A stretch of DNA of 62,943 nucleotides, filler included, from Reclinomonas americana ATCC 50394 (GCA_048213135.1; 15 parts of 15 records of this genome joined end to end with filler, not necessarily neighbours in it); one strand, 5' to 3'. Counted from the first letter of the whole stretch, positions 1 through 13,981 are shown. Numbers and translations: made by a program. Notes: a model not told the origin generated them from the sequence alone.

Positions 1-309
1 ATACAAAAGCGCACTCTCTCTCTCTCATTCTCACACACACACTCTCCCACACACTCACGCAGTGTGTAAAGACACACTCGCCACGCGCTCTCTCTGGCCG
101 CATTCAATGCATCCTTCGCCTCTCTCTCCCCAACTGCACACACACATAAAAAAAAACGCAACTGATTTGTTGATTCCGGGAGTAAAAAAGAAGGGGGGTA
201 ACGAGTAGCAAGTAGCAGAAGAAGCGAAGTGAGCGGAGTGAGCAAGTGAGTCTCTCTCTCTCTCTCTCCCGAGTAAATAAAAGTGAAATTTCAAATCGAC
301 TTTTATCAC

Positions 310-1660
310 ATGGATCCCAGCGGTGGCGGTGGCCCTTCTCTGGGCATGCACGAGCGACGCACTGATCGTCGCTTTGAGCCGTATGGCGGCGGTCGCGCAG
401 GTGAGCTGCACATTCGCGCGCGTGTGTGTGTGTACACAAAGAAGTGAGCGACATTTCCACTTACTTGTGTTTCCCGCCCTCGCCCTCGCACGGAAGGCGG
501 TGCAGGTGGCGACTATCCCGGCGCACGGTCTGCTTGTGTGCATGTCTCTCTCTCGCTTTCTTCTTCTCGATGATCATGTTTGTTTGCTTGTGTAGTAACG
601 ATGCTCCTGCATATGGTGGCGGTGCTCCTCCTCGCGCCTCTGGATTCAGCAGTGGTGGTGGAAGCGGTGGCGGCGGTGGCGGTGGTGGTGGTGGCTACGA
701 TGGTGGACGTGGAGGAGTTGCGTTTTCTGTGCAACATGGAAGTTGTCGCTCGTGGCCAAAGTGCATTCGCATTTGCAGTTTGGTGGTGGCGGCGGCGGCG
801 GTGGCGGTGGCTTTGGTGGCGGCTTTGGCGGTGGTGGCAATCGTCAGGTGCAGTGCTCTTTTTTGGTTGTCGACAACCGCGAGCGACGATCTCACGGTGT
901 TTGTTGATAGCAGAATCGCGATGAGATTCCGCCGTCACGCACGCTGTGGATTGGCTCGCTGCCGGCGCCTGTGGACGATGCTGAAGTGCGCGCCATGTTT
1001 GAGCACTTTGGGCAAGTTGCGTCGCGTGTGTGTGGATCAGTGGGGCCATCACACGATTGACACCCGGGTGCAGGTGGAGAAGATGAATATTCTGCACGAC
1101 CGCAACTATGGCTTTGTGACCATGGTGCGCATGGAGGATGCTGTGCAGGCGCGTGACGCGCTTGATCGATCGGATCTCAACGGACGGCGCGTCATTGTCA
1201 ACTTTGGCACTGGTGAGTGGCAGTCTGTGTTTTGAGCAGTGTTTGTTGGCCCGAAAGATATATAGAATGGTCAGCGGTGTCTCGTATTGCGTTGTCGGTG
1301 GACGATGATGCCTCATGACGGTCATTCGTGATGTTGTTGACGATGATGTTGTTGTTGATGATGGTGGTGGTGACGGGCGACATGAGTGATGAGATTTGAT
1401 GATTGATCGTGATATTCTTGTTCATCCACGTAGAATCACAACGAGATCGCCCGCGCCAGAGCGACAGGTTAGTCGCGAATGAGCCATGCATATTCTTCAT
1501 GATGAATCCCTGCACCGAGTGGCGACGTGTATCATTCAATCTTCTTTTCGATGCCGTTGCCGGATGACTGACATGCATTTTCTCTCTCCCTCCCCTTCCC
1601 TCTTCTCCCACCTACCCTGATCCACCATCCGTGATGTTTCTGATCCGTCCACGATCGTGC

Positions 1661-1693
<33 letters not shown>

Positions 1694-3323
1694 CTGTCGA
1701 TGTTGATGCTACTGTGCTTGGAATGAGCAGCGGTTTTGGTGGTGGTGATGGCGGTGGTCGTGCTCCGGTTCATCCAATCATGCTCTCTTTTTGTCGATGT
1801 TGGCCTTATTGTTGCTCACTGTTCGGTTGCTCTGTGTGCAGCGTGAGGAGCAGCAGCCGTCGACCACCCTCTGGGTCGGCAGCCTCGATCCGCAGACCAC
1901 CGAGCAAGACTTGCATTCGCTCTTCTCGACCTGCGGTCAGGTGCGTGAGCGCGTCGCGTGCACTCATGCTGGTATCCCGCTCACGTTGCGTTGCAGGTGG
2001 ATCGCGTGTCGGTGCTGTCGGACCGCCGTTTTGGATTTGTGACGTTTGTCCGCATTGAGGACGCGATCCAGGCCAAGAGCCGACTGCACGACACTGTGGT
2101 GCATGGCTCGTCGATTGTGGTCAAGTTTGGCACTCGCCGTGAGGGCGGCGGTGGTGGTGGTGGCTTCGGCGGCCGACCCGGCGGTGGTGCTGGCTACGGA
2201 GGTGGCGGTGGTGGTGGCGGCGGATACCCGCCTGCGTCGGCTGCGCCAGCCTCTCGTGACCGCGACTACGACCGCGATTACCGCGAAGGTGGTGGTCGTT
2301 CGTCGCCGCGCTACGACCGCGGTGCTCCTTCTGGTGGTGGCGGAAGTGGCTTTAGCGAGCGCCGTGACGATCGATCGGAGCGTCCGCGGTACGATCGGGA
2401 TGCGTACCCTGCGGCCGGATCTGGCGGTCGTGAAGGTTTGTGGAGTTGTCCTCCTTTTTTAATATTTTCTCCTTTGTTCTGTTTGCTGAGTGCGTCACCA
2501 TTCAGGAAGCGGCTTTGACAGCCGTGCGCCCGCCGGCTACAATCGCGGCGGTTTTGACGACCGTGGCGCCGGTGGCTACGACCAGCGTGCGGCAGGCCAG
2601 TCTCGCCAACCCGATCCGTACGCTGGTGGCGCCGCTGCGCCACAGGGCGCAAGTGCCGGCGCTGCCTACGGACGGCCGGCAGCAGCGGTGAGAACGTGCT
2701 GCTGCTGTTGATAATGAGAGGGAAGAGAGAGATTCTAACCAGGTCGCCGCTGCAGGCGGGCGGTTACCCTCAGGCGGGTGCTCCTTACGCGGGCGGACAG
2801 CCTGGTGGCTACCCGCAGCAGCCGCAGCAGCAGGCACAGCAACCGCAGCAACAACAATGGGCTGGAGCACCACCGGCTGCCGCTGCGGCGTCGGGTCTGC
2901 CGCCGGGTTGGGTCGAATTCGAAGATCCGCAGCAGCGACGCAAGTACTACGTCAACACGGCCACCAACGCCAGCCAGTGGACCCGCCCTGAGGCGGCACC
3001 GGCGGCGGCTGCCGCTGCGTACCCGCATCCGCAGCAGCAGCAGCAGCAGCAGCATCCCATGGCGGCAATGCAGCAGCAGCAACAGCAACAGCAGCGACCT
3101 GCAGCCGCCATGCAGCAAGCGCCAGTGCAGCAGCCGCAAGCGGCTCGTGGACCTGCTGTTGCGTCACTGTCTTTTGTTGCATGAGTGGGGAGGAGAGTCT
3201 AACATTCGAGAGGTTTCGCAGCCACTGCCCGCCGGCTGGGAGGAGCACAAAGATCCCACCTCCAATCACGTTTACTGGTACAATCCGCGAACGGGCCAGA
3301 GCACATGGGATCGCCCGCAATAA
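310..3323 (+). CDS. Multi-exon RNA-binding protein with two RRM domains, Gly/RGG- and Gln-rich linkers and two C-terminal WW domains
   Basis: Spliced RRM1 reads TLWIGSL...NYGFVTM...VIVNFG and RRM2 reads TLWVGSL...RFGFVTF...IVVKFG. WW domains: LPPGWVEFEDPQQRRKYYVNTATNASQWTRP and LPAGWEEHKDPTSNHVYWYNPRTGQSTWDRPQ*. The GT-AG introns checked across the RRM and WW exons keep the frame. Confidence 0.85.
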
Positions 3324-3939
3324 TTCCGCCACTGTACATCTATTCCCCTGTGAACTGCACGCCGAGTCGCGTACTAGTTTATTCGTGAATATTAAAAAGG
3401 TCCTGATTCGAAGGGGAAGGGGGGGGGGGGGGGATAAGGCTCATCAGAGGCGACGACACTCCGAGCTTTAAACAATTGCAATATGACAGTGAAAGAGAAG
3501 AAAGACAGAGACGCAACATGAGTTTGGGCTTACTCGTTGGAAATGAGCCATGGGTGGCCTTTGAGTCGTACCATCGCGCCATAGGTGTGCTGGAATGAGC
3601 TGAGGGTTGTACTTGTACTTGTATCGGGCAGCGTGATCTTTTTCTGATCAAGTTCGTTCATGGGCCGCTCTGTGGGACACCACCTGCTGCTGACGTCGAC
3701 TGCCTTTGTGTAATATTAATGAACGACCTAGGTCCGACTTTATTTGATCATGATCATGATGATGCGCCGACGCCGGAGGAGAGATCATGTTGACCAGTAC
3801 CATGATGCCATGAGGTGGGGGGGGGGGGGGGGGGGTGTCTCCTCCTCCGTCGTCGTGTCGTCGCGACGCGGCATAATATTATATACGTACGAACGAACGT
3901 AACGTAACGTTACGTCGTACGTACGTAACGTAACTAACG

Positions 3940-4039
3940 NNNNNNNNNNNNNNNNNNNNNNNNNNNNNNNNNNNNNNNNNNNNTTAATTAATTAANNNNN
4001 NNNNNNNNNNNNNNNNNNNNNNNNNNNNNNNNNNNNNNN
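3940..4039. other. Artificial contig/scaffold linker (N-run, TTAATTAATTAA, N-run); repeated at about 10230, 14493, 17942, 26042, 30850, 32349, 36874, 38177, 39348, 48576, 50594, 58115 and 59315
   Basis: Identical ~100-bp structure with stops in all six frames. The DBP9, Ntn-hydrolase, MIOS and phosphatase genes continue across such linkers, so at least some mark ordered scaffold gaps. Confidence 0.97.
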
Positions 4040-5118
4040 TACGTACCGTTACGTTACCCGTACGTACGTACGTACGTACGTACGTACGACGTACGTACGT
4101 ACGTAGTTAGTAGTAGTAGTAGGTACGAGCGAGGGGGGGGGGGAGGTGTCTCCCTTCCTCCCTCGGGATTGTCGACGTCCAGGGCGCATGACAAATTGCA
4201 ATTGTCAACGAGACGAACTTAACTGACTTCCGAGAACTACAGTAACAGAATGGCTGATCATGACATTGTGCTCGTGTCACCGACGGGCAAAAAGTATCAC
4301 AATAGGCGGCATGCACCAATGAACTCAGTGGAACGAGTGACGCGTCGAGAGGCAGAGGTTGACCACGGGTTGACTCCATGTGTTACATGCTTCAAAGCGG
4401 TGCGGTGAAAAAGAGGGTCTCCACCACTGCCTCATGTCTGACACAACAACTCACCATATTAGTATGACGCTGCCGCTGTTGCACGAGCGAGCTGGCGTAT
4501 CCAGGCGAGATTCATCACTGAACATTGGGTGGTGGGTGCCTGCCTCGTCGTTTCACCAGTCTGTTGCAGACTGCTCCTCCCTCAACTCCCAGCTCGGAAC
4601 TGCTGGCGGAACTGGTCGCTGCGATGACTGTATGTGCCACTCACTGTTCGCTCACCCGTTCATGTTGCCTGAGAATCTCATTGCTGCGACAGGGGATGAA
4701 TGTTGTGCCTCAGCAAGAGCACCCAGCCACCGCAGCCAGCTCACAGCTGTGCGATGATAGTGCATCTCGACCTGCCGCGCCAGGCGTACTTCCGGTTTGT
4801 CATTGCGCTGCTCCTGCGCATGTGCTCCACATCTGTTTTCATGCCCGCAAAGCAGCGACCGTACAACTCTCGGGCGTCGTCCCCGCCACGCCAGCAAGGA
4901 GTTGCCCCGTTACGACCAAGCCTGCCTGAGCGTGAGCTCTCGCAGTAGGCGAATCCGCAGCAGCGGCCTGTTCCAGCCGTGCAGACGGCGCCACCGCGGC
5001 CTCCGTCAGTTGTGGACAGCGAACGATCCGGTGCTGCCAGGAAGCCAGCGAGCGGGTTCCTTTGTTAACCTAGGTGTCTGAATGTACATGTACCGATGTC
5101 GAAGAGGTTCTACGTATA

Positions 5119-8100
5119 CTACACTTTCAATCCCGACGTGCAATCCCCGCTGGTGGCACACGCCGTCGCCGTCGACGTTGCCACCACGCCACTCTTTGGT
5201 ACACACTGACCGGTGGATGTGACGTAGGTCCATGAGCCGCAGGCAGTGAGACCAGAGCAGTAGATGGAACAAGCCTGCGGCCCGGACATGGAGCTGATGG
5301 CCCACGTGAGGTCGCCACCTGGTCGATCTGCAGACAACAACCACCGCACGTCAGTAGAAGAAATGCAAAGGGCAATATGTATTGCTGGCACTGGGTTGTC
5401 TCACCAGTGCTCCTCTCGAAGGCAGGGCTGTCATACCCAACAGCACTCGTCTTCGTTCCAGACAACAAGCAGAAGCGCGTTCCGCAGAGGTTGCTTGTCT
5501 CAGCGTTTGCCGCCGATGCAGGCACATCGCTCTGTGCATATGCATACCATTCAATATTGAGTGGAGGCAACGTAACCATTACGCAGAGCTGTACATGTGG
5601 CGCCTTGCATACCTTGAGAATGCAAACTCCAACGCCCTGCGTGTTGGACGCCGCTTGCGCGTTGAGGAATGTCCAGGAGCGACATGCCGGATGCAAGTCA
5701 CACTGTCGGCAACATGCAGATTCGTGGATCGTCGCGTGGACGGCCAGCGGTGTGCCGCCCGGGCGGTCAAGTCGTTCAAACGAGCACACTTCGAGCGCAG
5801 CTGGTAGCCCGCCCCCCCACGACAACGGTGAGCAGAGTGGATCGATGACGACGAACGCGAAAACACAATCCGACTCACGGGTGATGTTACCCTCCTGCAC
5901 ATATGCTGCACCACAGGGCAATGACTGCAAAATCGCTGCAGGAACAAGCTGTCAAGTGGGGCAAACGCTCTTGCTGCAGACGCAAAGCACCAATCACTCA
6001 CTGTCCGTCAGCACCAATCGCTTGGTGAACGACAAGGCCGGTGTCCCACTGTCCGTCACTTGCACGTACACCTCGAGTCGAGACCACGCCGGCGGGGCAG
6101 AGACCAGTCGCAGTTGATTGCCACCGCTGATGCTGAACAGGCCGCCATGTGCCCCTCCAACAATGGCGAACGTAGCCGTCTGTCCTGTATTCAGATCCAC
6201 GCTGCTCAGCGTGGAAACAGTGACAGGAACGGCAGCGCTGCTGTCGTACGTCGACGACGATTGCACAATGTCACTGGGGGCCACAGAGCCTGCGACGGAT
6301 TTCAACAAGTCAGAGTTGGTAATTGCAACGTGGCCTCTTCGGGTCACCGGCCCATGAACACGTAAGCAACCGCAGCACGCACCCACAGCAAATGAGCCCA
6401 CTGCCGCGTAGCCGGAAGTCGGCGACCATCGCACACACAGCTCATATGTGCCAGTGGCGGCGGACGCCGCTCCCACCGTCAGCACAATCTGAGTCGGGCT
6501 GGTGAACGAGCTGGAGATGCTGGTATTGGCGACGGCAGTCGGAGGGCTAGTTGCCCCACACTTGGGCGTGGACAGCACGAACGCAGCGGCATCGCCAGAC
6601 ACATTCTGCATGTTTGAACCATTCACCGTGATGGCCTGTCCAGCAGCCGCGTTGACAAAGGTGGCCGACAGAGAGCTGATGGACGGAGCTGCGATGGTTA
6701 TGTTGACAATTTGAGTAATGGAACCACACATATATATAAATACACAGTAATCGCAAACTAAAAAGCTTGATGACACTAAGTACTGCACACACACCAACAA
6801 TGTTGAACGTTTGGTCAAACGACAAGCCGCCAACGTCAGTGGTGCGCACAATCACTGTCAATGTTGTTGTCACGCCAGCAGTGGCAAACTGCAGCTGATC
6901 GTTACTGCCGCCTCCGATTGTCACCTGTGCTTGATTGGCTCCGCCGGCAATTGTGTACGTGAACGTTGTCTGCCCGGCATCTGGATCGGTGGTGGACAGC
7001 GTGCCAATCGCCTGTCCCACCGTACTGGCCGGAGCGTACCAGCTGCTTGACAAGGCCACTCCGGTTGGCGCTTGATTGGTGGCTGAAGCAAAGACGAAGG
7101 CATTTGATGAGCCACATAGTATACGTCGGCCGTAGCAAGACAGGGTGGGCGACTCGTACCCGTGACGGTGAGTGTCTGGTCAAACGACAGACCACCGACA
7201 TCGGTGGTGCGCACAATGACCACCAGATTCGAGGTAAGACCAGCCGTGGCGATGCGAAGTTCATTGCCACCAGCAATGGAGAAAGCAGCAGCGTTGGCGC
7301 CACCGTTGATCGAGAATGTGAAGCTTGTCTGGCCAGCATCGGGGTCCGTGGCGTTGAGGGTGCCGATCAGCTGGTTGACCGTGCTCGGATAGGAGTAGGT
7401 ACTGCTGCTCACGCTGACGGCTGTCGGCGCCTGATTGGACGCTGCGTGCAGAACAAGCATTTCACAGCCGGTGAGTGAGCGCAATAATGACATTCACGGT
7501 TGCAAACTGCAGAGTCTGCGAAAGAAGAAAACAAGACGACGAGTGACGATCGCGACGAGCCAAGGCTCACGCACCAAAAGTGAACGTCTTCTCGAAAAAC
7601 AGCGCCCCACTGTCAGTGCTGCGAATGGTGACAACCAGGGGATCCGAGTTCACGCCGGCGTTGGCGATGAGCAGCGTGGCAGAGCTGACGTTGAACGAGG
7701 ACATGTTGGCTCCGCCGACCACCGTATAGGTGTACGTTTGTCCACTGTTCTGGTCCAGTGTGGTCATGGTGCAAACCGTCTGATTGGCCGTGGACGGCGC
7801 ATTGTACGACGTGGCGGCACAGGTGATATCGTAGGGAGTGAAGTTGGAACCGGCTACGAAGGACTGAGTCGTTCCCACCACCGTGGATGGAACGGAGCTC
7901 GTCGCCACGGGGGCGTAGTAGTAGGTCGCACCGGATACCAATCCAGACAGCGACCCAGTGATGTCTGTGGAGGTCGAGCCAGTGGTGGTGGCGGGGCTGG
8001 CATTGACAGTCCATGGGCCGATGTTGACCTTGCGGATGACGTGGGTGGTCGCGTCCGCAAACACAACCGTGCCGGTAGAGCTGTCAAACACCATGCTTGT

Positions 8101-9927
8101 CTGCGGTGGGGGGGGGGGGGGAGAAGGTGAGGCGAGAGACCAATTCTGATGAGAGGCGGCCGGCCGCAGCGCAACAACGACGGTGATGCGACCGCTCCCG
8201 ATCGCTGGTCCATCAGTAGTACCCGAGCTTCCGGCGGCTCCGGCAAACCTTGTGACCAGCGGGTTGGTTGCGGGAACGGTGACCATGCGAATGAGTCTGT
8301 TGAAAGATGTCTGCAAGACGGCCGGTCACCAAAACAAACGCGTGGACGAAGCAGTTCTTCTCGAGACACTACTCACGTCCCCTACAAACATGACGTTGAG
8401 AGAGGCACAGTACATGAGAGCTGTGGGCTGGTAGAAAGTGGCGTTGGTTCCTGCGCAAACAAAGCAAGCGTTAGAACAGTCGAACTACTGTAGTAGCCTT
8501 TGGGGTTATCGTTGAGCCTCGCTTTGCTTTGCTTTCTACATATACACATGTACATCCTTGGTGGTGCCTCACCATATCCATTTGCCGCTCCGGAGCCCCC
8601 AACTGTCGATCCAGCCCAGAAAGCGACGTTCATGGTTGTCATGTCAATTTGCTTGATGCTGTGGACTGCTCTGTCGGCTGGATCCGGAACGAGAATGATC
8701 ATAAGTCAGATCTGCGCATCGTGGCGACTGATGTGCACAATACTCACCGACGTAGAGATAGTTGCCGACCAGCGCCGCACCCGACGGACTGTTGAAACGA
8801 GCGGTACTCAAGCAAGGGCCGCTCGCGTTGCCTGACATTCCAGGTGTGCCGCAGATGGTGGTAACAACTCCCGCATAAGTGACCTGCAAGACACGGCACC
8901 ATCTCCAGAGTTGGGCACAGTGACTGCTGCATGTCCAGGGACGACCGAGCGCTGCTGCCTCACCTGCCGAATGGTCTTGCCGGATACATCACAGATAAAG
9001 ATGCGCGAGTTGGCGGCGTCCAGCTCGCCTCCCACTATGCTGGTACCAAACCTCGCCGAGGTGCCTGTGTTGTCGGACGTTCCAGTCATTCCACCCGATC
9101 CAGCCAACGTCGAGACGACAGCGGCGGACGTGATGGTGCGCAGAGTGTAGCCGTTTTGCTTTAAAGAAGGTCCCCACAAAGGTGAGTCCCAGTGTGTTCA
9201 TGAGATTCAACAACAGCTGAATGTGTTATACCGTAAACACATAGATGATGTCAGTGGAGCGGTCGATGCGCAGCCAAATCGGCCTGTGAGTAGTGCAAGC
9301 AACGATGTGAGGCATGCGCAGCTGATCGAGAGGATCTCTTGGAAGGCAACTCAACTTATTGAATGTGGCGCCGGCTGCAGTGCCGTCGCCATTTCCGCTG
9401 ACGCCCGCAACTCCAGCAAAGGTGGAAATGACGCCGGCGGCGGCGGTCACTTTGCGGATTGTGTGGCTCCTGTCGGTGAAGAAAAGCACAAGATAATGAG
9501 CGACAACGCCGCGTTTGCATTACAACGAGGCATTTGGAATCCCTGGCTCGCTGTTTGGACTCACCCGCTGTCTGCGACAAAGAAGTCACCAGCAGAATTC
9601 ATGTCTATACCCTGTACAATGCAGGCGCCCGATGTACATATACGAGTCAGATCATGCTCACGACAACACCATTAGAAAGACGACAGCGTACCGCGGGAGC
9701 GTTGAGGGACGGGGAGCTATTGCCCAGGGTATTGACCGTGCCCACCCATGTGGAGATTGCCGAGACGGTACTGGTGCCTAATGTCACAGACGGGAAGATC
9801 GTGAACTGGACAGTGTTGGTGGTGCCGCCGGAGACGCCGTTCGGATTCACCGTGCCGTTCACAGTGGCGGTACCCGTGCCGACGGGCACATTTGTTACCA
9901 TGCCAGTGGTGACCGTTTGCTGGGCGA
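5119..9927 (-). CDS. Large secreted/cell-surface protein (5' incomplete): NHL repeats, 3-4 bacterial-type cadherin-like repeats, Ig-like segment, two PAN/apple domains
   Basis: NHL-like: FFTDRSHTIRKVTAAAGVISTFAGVAGVSGNGDGTAAGATFN and ARFNSPSGAALVGNYLYV. Cadherin-like: NQAPTAVSVS...IGTLNATDPDAGQTSFTFSI...IVRTTDVGGLSFDQTLTV. PAN-like: DRPGG...SACCRQCDLHPACRSWTF...CILK and DRPGGDL...QACSIYCSGLTACGSWTY...QCVPKS. Confidence 0.75.
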
Positions 9928-9953
9928 CTGAACAAGTTTTGTGAGTTCGAATG

Positions 9954-9955
<2 letters not shown>

Positions 9956-10037
<82 letters not shown>

Positions 10038-10157
10038 CGACTTCGCAAATAAAGAGAGAGAATATATATTAATGCGTGTGTGTGTGCACATGTGTGTTGT
10101 GTGTGTGTGTGTGTGTGTTGTGTGTTGTGTGTGAGTGTGAGTTGCGTGTGAGTGTGT

Positions 10158-10229
<72 letters not shown>
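9956..10229. repeat. Compound microsatellite (CA)n/(CAA)n/(GT)n at a contig end
   Basis: Directly visible. Similar (GA)n/(CA)n tracts abut most gaps (about 25970-26041, 36974-37068, 38277-38346). Confidence 0.95.
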
Positions 10230-11469
10230 NNNNNNNNNNNNNNNNNNNNNNNNNNNNNNNNNNNNNNNNNNNNTTAATTAATTAANNNNNNNNNNNNNNN
10301 NNNNNNNNNNNNNNNNNNNNNNNNNNNNNTTAATATAATAAAGAAGGGCACACAGACCGATATCGATCACGGCGAGAACCGATTCTTTGGTTGGTGAACA
10401 AATCGGATACGTCGAGCAGGGTATAATCAACTTTTCGGTCAGGATTTAGCAGCATTCGGGTAGGATTTACACCACTCAGCACTGCAATATGCACCACGCA
10501 TGCACAGAGAAAACACAGATGCCTCATCGCCACAGCGTCGCCCGCTCAGGATGGACCAGCAGCAGTGAGCAGAACCCACAGCAGTCACGTGCGGCCTCCA
10601 GCGCACGGCAATGGCAAGCATGCACGACTGTGTTGGTCGCACAGAAGACCACGGCAGCAGGCACAAGTCACCAAGCAAAGAGCCACGGTCGCGCCGCGTG
10701 ACACCGCGACAGCCACCGACAGGCGACGATAGCCACCAGCGCATCTGCGTCGTTCTCATCAGCAAACAGCACAACCGTGATGCAAGATGCAACTCCCACG
10801 ACGGACCTTAGCTCACAAGGACATGGTACACGCCGCAGGCACAAGGCGTCGCGTCAACGGCATGTGCAGTGCCCGCTTTGTACACGAGTCGACCTGCAAG
10901 GTGCTCCGAGTGAGTAAGCGAGCAATCGAGCTCGAGGGCAAGAACAGTTCGCATAAACTCACCAACAAGTCATCCGCAAAGCAGTTCGTGCTCTCGCGCT
11001 CGGCCGGCCACTGCACTGCGTGTAGACGGCCTCGAAAGCAACCCTGTTGCAAGAGCACGTGAGGGCAATGAAACATGACGAAAGATCAGTTGCACGCCCA
11101 CACCCAACTCCTGCTCACCATGGTCACCAACATGACATGCACACACACGCCGATGGCCATGCGCGTTTCGCGCCCAGAGTAGCGTCTGTGCATGCGATCG
11201 CGTGAGCACGTGGACACAGCAGTGCGGTTGGCCATGTATTGTTTCTCACCATTCTTCAACAATGCCACTCGCAAACATTCTATATGCAGCAGTCAGCAAC
11301 AGAGACGTGTGTGATAGAGCGCACATCTGCGCATGCATGTCATCGCCTCCTTCACAGAGGGCTTGTTTGCTCACCGTCAGTTGTGTCGCGGGTTTTTTTC
11401 CCGCGTCGACGGGACAAGTAAGCAAGTTGTCCACGGTTTGCGTTTCACTTCTCTTTCCCTGTGCGTGAC

Positions 11470-12372
11470 ATGACCACCACAGGCATCACGCCGTATGCAA
11501 CTCCCGCAGCGGCGGAGGACTCGTCGACGGTGATTCTCCCCACGTCGGAGTCGTTGATTGCTCCGACGGCAGACGTTGTCCCGAGCGCCCCCACGCAAAC
11601 AATCAGCGTTCCCGTCGCTCCCGCAGTCACTGCACCATTCGCGGTCCCCACGAGGTGTGTGTGTGTGGTGGGGGGGGGGGGGGGAGTGCGTGGCGTCGTT
11701 GATTCGATTTCACTGATCTGCCTCTGTGCACGCGACAGCTCGGCCACTGTCATCAGCGGCCAAGCGGTGTGGCCTCAGCCACCACCACCACCACTCCAGG
11801 CCCCGCCGCCTGCGTATCAGACTCATCAGCAGCACTTCGCCAGCGCTGGCCAGCAGTGGGTTGGTCAAGGCCATCCCAGCGGTTGGAATCAGTTGCAGTA
11901 TGCCGGTGGTGTGTCGGCGCCGACACAGTGGGTGGCGCAACCCACTGCAGTGAGCGGACCACCAAATCCCGCATTCGGATACGGACCTGCTGGAGGGTAC
12001 GGGCAGCAGGCACCGGCGCCGTCATGGGCATTCGGTACGACCGCACCGCAGCCGTTCGCACCACCGGGGCCGTCGCCACAGCTGGACTACGACACCATCA
12101 TGAGAGCTGTTGACCAGAGGTTTTGCGTCTTAGTCGACAAGAAGCTCGACGCCTTTGCCGCGATGCTGTCCTCGACCATCGAAGCCCGCTTGTCACAAGC
12201 GGAGCCTCGGGCGTCACAGTCTCCGCGCACTCCGTCCGAGGTCTCCGGCTCCCTGCAGATGCCAGCCACGCGCTTTGCGCTCAATGCTCAGTCGCCACAA
12301 GCGCTGGTCTCGGTCACGGTACGTGGATTTCAATGCTCTTGTGCCTCTTTTCTTCACTCTCGTGCTCATCAG
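11470..12372 (+). CDS. Pro/Gln/Ala-rich hypothetical coding fragment with a short helical segment; runs head-on into the transposase-like ORF
   Basis: Open frame MTTTGITPY...PQLDYDTIMRAVDQRFCVLVDKKLDAFAAMLSSTIEARL with plausible introns near 11654-11738 and 12319-12372. Confidence 0.45.
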
Positions 12373-13981
12373 CAAGTTGTGCTCCAGCCTGCGCAGCCTA
12401 CGGGCCTCTGTGCCTTGCAGCGCGTGTTCCAACACATCGGGCGGGTCCCGCATGTCGAGGTATTGTTGCGACTCAGCAATGAGTCGCGAGAGGTCTGGGT
12501 CGTGCATCCAGAGTCTGATGCAATTTTCCAGCGGGAGCCAAGGGTAACTGCCTTTGTCGGACCGCAGGGTCTTGGGCTGCATGCGCGTGTGTTAGTGCAG
12601 GGCAGCCACCGACTGGTGGGTGAGACAATTACGCACTCACGTTAAACAGAGGCTTGTAGTACTGGAGAAGATGTTTCTTCGGAGTCGAGATTGCCAACGG
12701 CAGTGAGGAACCGACCTTGCTGATAAGCGCACGCCACTCATCGGAGGCAAGTCCTTGGAGCTCAGCAAGCTTAACGAATAATAATGAGAGGAATGACACA
12801 ACGACGTCTACGCTAAAGCAAAACTGCACGCTGCGATTCACCTCCAATAGGCGACAGCACTGGTCTCTGTGCAACACGGCGTTCTCTCTCCAGGACACTC
12901 CTGTGAGCTGCATCCCCGGGGACATGTACATCGTTAAATGGGCGCAGTGTGTGGCTCCACAGAATGAAAAGCATAGCAGCGAGCACACCTTTTGGTTCAT
13001 CGCAACGCGCAAGCGGCGCATGTTGAGATGAAAGTCTTTGTCACCGTGTGAGCGGGCTGGGAACGGCAGCTGGGGAGCCGCACCGGCAACGGAGGCAACA
13101 AATGCAGAATTGCAGCGACGGGTAAGCTGTGCCGTAGGCATCTCCCACTCATGACCGGGGTCGGCCTGTTCGACCTCTGGGACGAGATGCACGCCAAAGT
13201 CGAGATTCATGTCTGCATTGGCCGGGTTCACGGGAGCATCGCCTGCTTCGTCCTCTGCATCTATTTCTTCCATCAAGACAGCGAGCATGTTGGCCTCGTC
13301 TGGAGGCGCACACAAGTGAGTCTTCTCTCACCAACAGCTGCGCAAGCAGCGAGCGAAGCGAGTGACATACCGTCGTCGAGATGCGGCATCTGTTCAACAT
13401 CTTCAGGGTTGAGAGCGCCTTCTCGCTCTCCGCCTGCTTCCTCGTTGAGTTCGCCGTCGTCTCGGCGATGGGGCGGAGGTGGCACCGCAGCTGTTGGCAC
13501 AGTGATCTCATGAGCGGGGTAATGAATGACAAACACGGACACAACTGATCAAAACACACGCACCGTCATCATCCTCATCGCCATCGACACGCATCATCGC
13601 AGGAGCGTGCACGACGTCGTTGTGAGGCGGGGGTGGACGAGGTGGCAGCGGAGGGGGGAGGAGGGCCGGCGGCGCGTGATTATGAAAAACGACAGGTTGT
13701 CGTCTCTGCCGCCTCGGCTCCAGGCCTTGTCCATGCGCCTTCCTCGTGTGATGCGCCCAAGCATCTGCGCCCACGACTTCGACGTCAAGACCGAGGTCGG
13801 CGCACACGGGGCACACGTGCAAACTGACGAGTTGCTGGTGCAGGCTGATGTGTTGTGCTGCTCGTGTGCGGATGGGTGTTGGTCGGAAGAAGCACTGGCC
13901 CACGCCCCTGAATGCGGGGTGCCCTTGGAAGCAATCGAGCGCGAGGGGGCAGGAGAAGCTGGTTGCCTTCTTGCCGCTCAT
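12370..13981 (-). pseudogene. N-terminal part of an EnSpm/CMC-like transposase (spliced, truncated before any DDE core)
   Basis: C2H2-like finger CPVC...AWAHHTRKAH, then SYPWLPLENCIRLWMHDPDLSRLIAES...RDPPDVLEHALQGTEARRL, which resembles the segment preceding the first catalytic Asp of CACTA-type transposases. No catalytic motif follows. Confidence 0.45.

Noticed and set aside
3984..3995. Recurrent TTAATTAATTAA motif (could be read as piggyBac TTAA sites or array repeats)
   Set aside because: Always centred in N-runs of the same length, so it is an artificial six-frame-stop linker.
3880..4125. (TACG)n/(TAACG)n tracts flanking the first gap, resembling telomeric or satellite repeats
   Set aside because: Irregular and confined to contig ends. 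TACG matches the pyrosequencing flow order, so low-quality read tails are the likelier cause.
4380..5081. Possible plus-strand exons of an unknown gene
   Set aside because: No consistent spliced frame or recognisable motif could be built.
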